A stretch of DNA of 64,000 nt from Gemmatales bacterium. GTDB lineage: Bacteria; Planctomycetota; Planctomycetia; Gemmatales; HRBIN36. The translations under genes were made by a program, and so were the position numbers. Below the pieces are notes generated by a model, which saw nothing but the letters and a program-made list of their open reading frames with translations, was not told where the DNA came from and did no database searches. Below are positions 62,466 to 64,000 of this stretch, in pieces. The stretch covers positions 749-64,748 of the forward strand of contig JBEPZY010000010.1 of NCBI GenBank assembly GCA_041640595.1, given 5' to 3'. Every line of letters begins with the position of its first letter. Positions within the stretch are counted from its first letter, which is position 1.

Positions 62466-63200
62466 GGTCATCCGCACGACGGCGGAGCATCTCGTCGGTT
62501 AGCACCATGTCCTGCAGTCCAGGTTTAGGCCAACCTACTTGCACGACGCCGGAGCATTCGTTGTATGTGGATGGGCGTGGTTGGGTGCCGGCGGGCGAGT
62601 TGCATGCCTGCGACATGTTCACTCCTAAGGCTGCTGAGTTGATAGAGAAAGCGGGGTTGGCTGCCGGCAGGGGAGTTGCGACCCGGCGACTGGTTCACCG
62701 CTAAGGCTGCTGAGTTGAAAAAGAAAGCATGGTTGGGTGCCGGCAGGCGAGTTGCGACCCGGCGACTTGCTGGTCAGCCACGATGGTCAGCGGGTGGCGG
62801 TTACTGAGCTGTACGACACCGGCACCTACGAACGCGTCTATAACCTTGCCATCCGCTCCTTCCACACTTACTTTGTTTGCGACGAATCCTGGCCCTTCTC
62901 CGTCTGGGCACATAACAGCTGTGGTGTTCCCCTAAACACAAATTACGACCGCCAGGTCCAGGAAGTATGGGATAAGATAGCAAATTAGCTTGGCCAAGGC
63001 TTTCGGATTGTGCGCAGTGACGAACGGGCGTTTGTCGCTATAAGCCGTGACGGATTGCGAAAGTTTCGGATTGATTTCCAGGGCCACAGGCACCAACATA
63101 GGCCCCACGTCTATTAGGAAATATTCAGGCAAGACATCAATGACTGGGTTGACGCATTCCAGGAAGGCATTTCTTGGACTTGCAGCCATAAAGGAGAGCG
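62466..63200 (+). pseudogene. Orphan polymorphic toxin module: fragmented Hint + toxin tip with two in-frame TAG
   Basis: Hint pieces at 62466, 62541, 62655 and 62731, then near-identical to module 1 up to VWAHN (62916); tip IAN*LGQGFRIV...SRDGLRKFRIDF..HRHQHRPHVY*E with TAG at 62986 and 63115. Confidence 0.8.
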
Positions 63201-63203
63201 CGT

Positions 63204-63428
63204 ATGGCATATATAGCCGAGCTCCGTCGGCCTAACCTTTATGCCGTGGTCCTCGAGGAGTACCCTGAGGGCGTATATGTCAACGTCTTATACGGGGAAG
63301 AACCCGATGCCGGTGGTGAGGATTGGCTGTATGATAGTTTAGATCAGGCAATGGAAGTCTGCGAACGGAAATACGGTATTACTCGAGACCAGTGGAAGGT
63401 TATTCCTGATCCGCAGTGGCACGGGTAG
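63204..63428 (+). CDS. Putative immunity protein (74 aa)
   Basis: AAGGAG RBS; acidic, DWLYDSLDQAMEVCERKYGITRDQW; directly follows the toxin tip. Confidence 0.75.
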   Translation: MAYIAELRRPNLYAVVLEEYPEGVYVNVLYGEEPDAGGEDWLYDSLDQAMEVCERKYGITRDQWKVIPDPQWHG

Positions 63429-63472
63429 TGCGTGAAACAGTGGTACGCGTTTAGTCAAGGACAAAGCTAACT

Positions 63473-63966
63473 AGGCTCTGTTGACGTATTCGGTAGCTTT
63501 ATGTTATAGCTTAGAGCCGCAGGGCTGTCGTGAGGAAATGGCATTGTGGAGAATCCAGGAGCCTGGGATGCCATGCGCTACATGATCACGGATGAAATGT
63601 GGGCAGTTATCGAGGAGTGTTTGGCCCAAGCGAAGATAGAAAAACGGGGCCGACCTGCGGTGATTTCCGACCGTGATTTCCCAGAGGCCTTGCTCTGCCT
63701 GGCGCGAACAGGGATTCCCTGGCGAGACTTGCCCAGGGAATTTGGGAGATGGGATGCGATTTACAACCGGTATCGTCGCTGGCTCAAAAACGGTACGCTG
63801 CAGAGGCTGTTTGAGCTGCTAACTGCCCACCCAGAGTTAGCGGCCATCCGACGCATCCTGATAGATGCCACGAATGTGCAAGCTCATCGGTGCGCGGCAG
63901 GGGCACCGAAAAAAGTGGGCTGCCTCCGAGCAGGGTCTTGGTCGTAGCTGTTCTTACGCACTTTAG
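63473..63966 (+). mobile_element. Truncated IS5-family (IS427-like, DUF4096 OrfA) insertion sequence
   Basis: Probable left end ctAGGCTCTGTTGACG; OrfA 63573-63947 with ITDEMW, ARTGIPWRDLPREFG.W, IDAT.V.AH; A6 run at 63909-63914; shifted frame gives QGLGRS then stops at 63964. Confidence 0.8.
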
Positions 63967-64000
63967 CAGCTCCTGCATGCAGGTCTGCCTCCGAACAGGG

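Noticed and set aside
59965-62916. DGR template/variable repeat pair from the two Hint copies
   Set aside because: The differences are few, not adenine-specific, and there is no reverse transcriptase in the window
59944-63117. Stop-codon reassignment explaining the in-frame stops in toxin modules
   Set aside because: The stops are of mixed type (TAA, TAG), neighbouring genes terminate normally at these codons, and the modules also lack starts

Overview
GC-rich chromosomal segment from a planctomycete, probably Gemmataceae/Gemmatales-like. The assignment is inferred from the planctomycete-type cytochrome c-WD40, PPC-domain, DUF1080 and PmoA-like proteins. Bases 1-58.8 kb are mostly core or typical genes: the end of a flagellar cluster (flhB, flhA, fliA), an S55 peptidase paired with a beta-propeller protein, a two-gene PFOR followed by aceE, Gfo/Idh/MocA oxidoreductases, a Mn/Zn ABC permease fused to a DtxR-like domain, ComEC, a kinase and FHA proteins. 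Bases 58.8-64 kb form an AT-richer accessory island. It holds orphan Hint (intein-like) polymorphic-toxin tips that are all broken (nonsense codons, no start) while the cognate immunity genes are intact, and it ends in a truncated IS5-family element. The non-coding DNA is unusually structured in three ways. (i) Three REP/REPIN-like palindrome arrays; two share the same spacer modules in permuted order. (ii) About 17 mostly unrelated direct duplications, almost all intergenic, with periods of 61-76 bp. (iii) Two repeat-spacer mini-arrays of CRISPR-like size that share a TAAnTACATCAA core and are each bracketed by a 30-32 bp direct repeat. No cas, rRNA or tRNA genes were seen. All protein family calls come from motif recognition by eye, not database searches.
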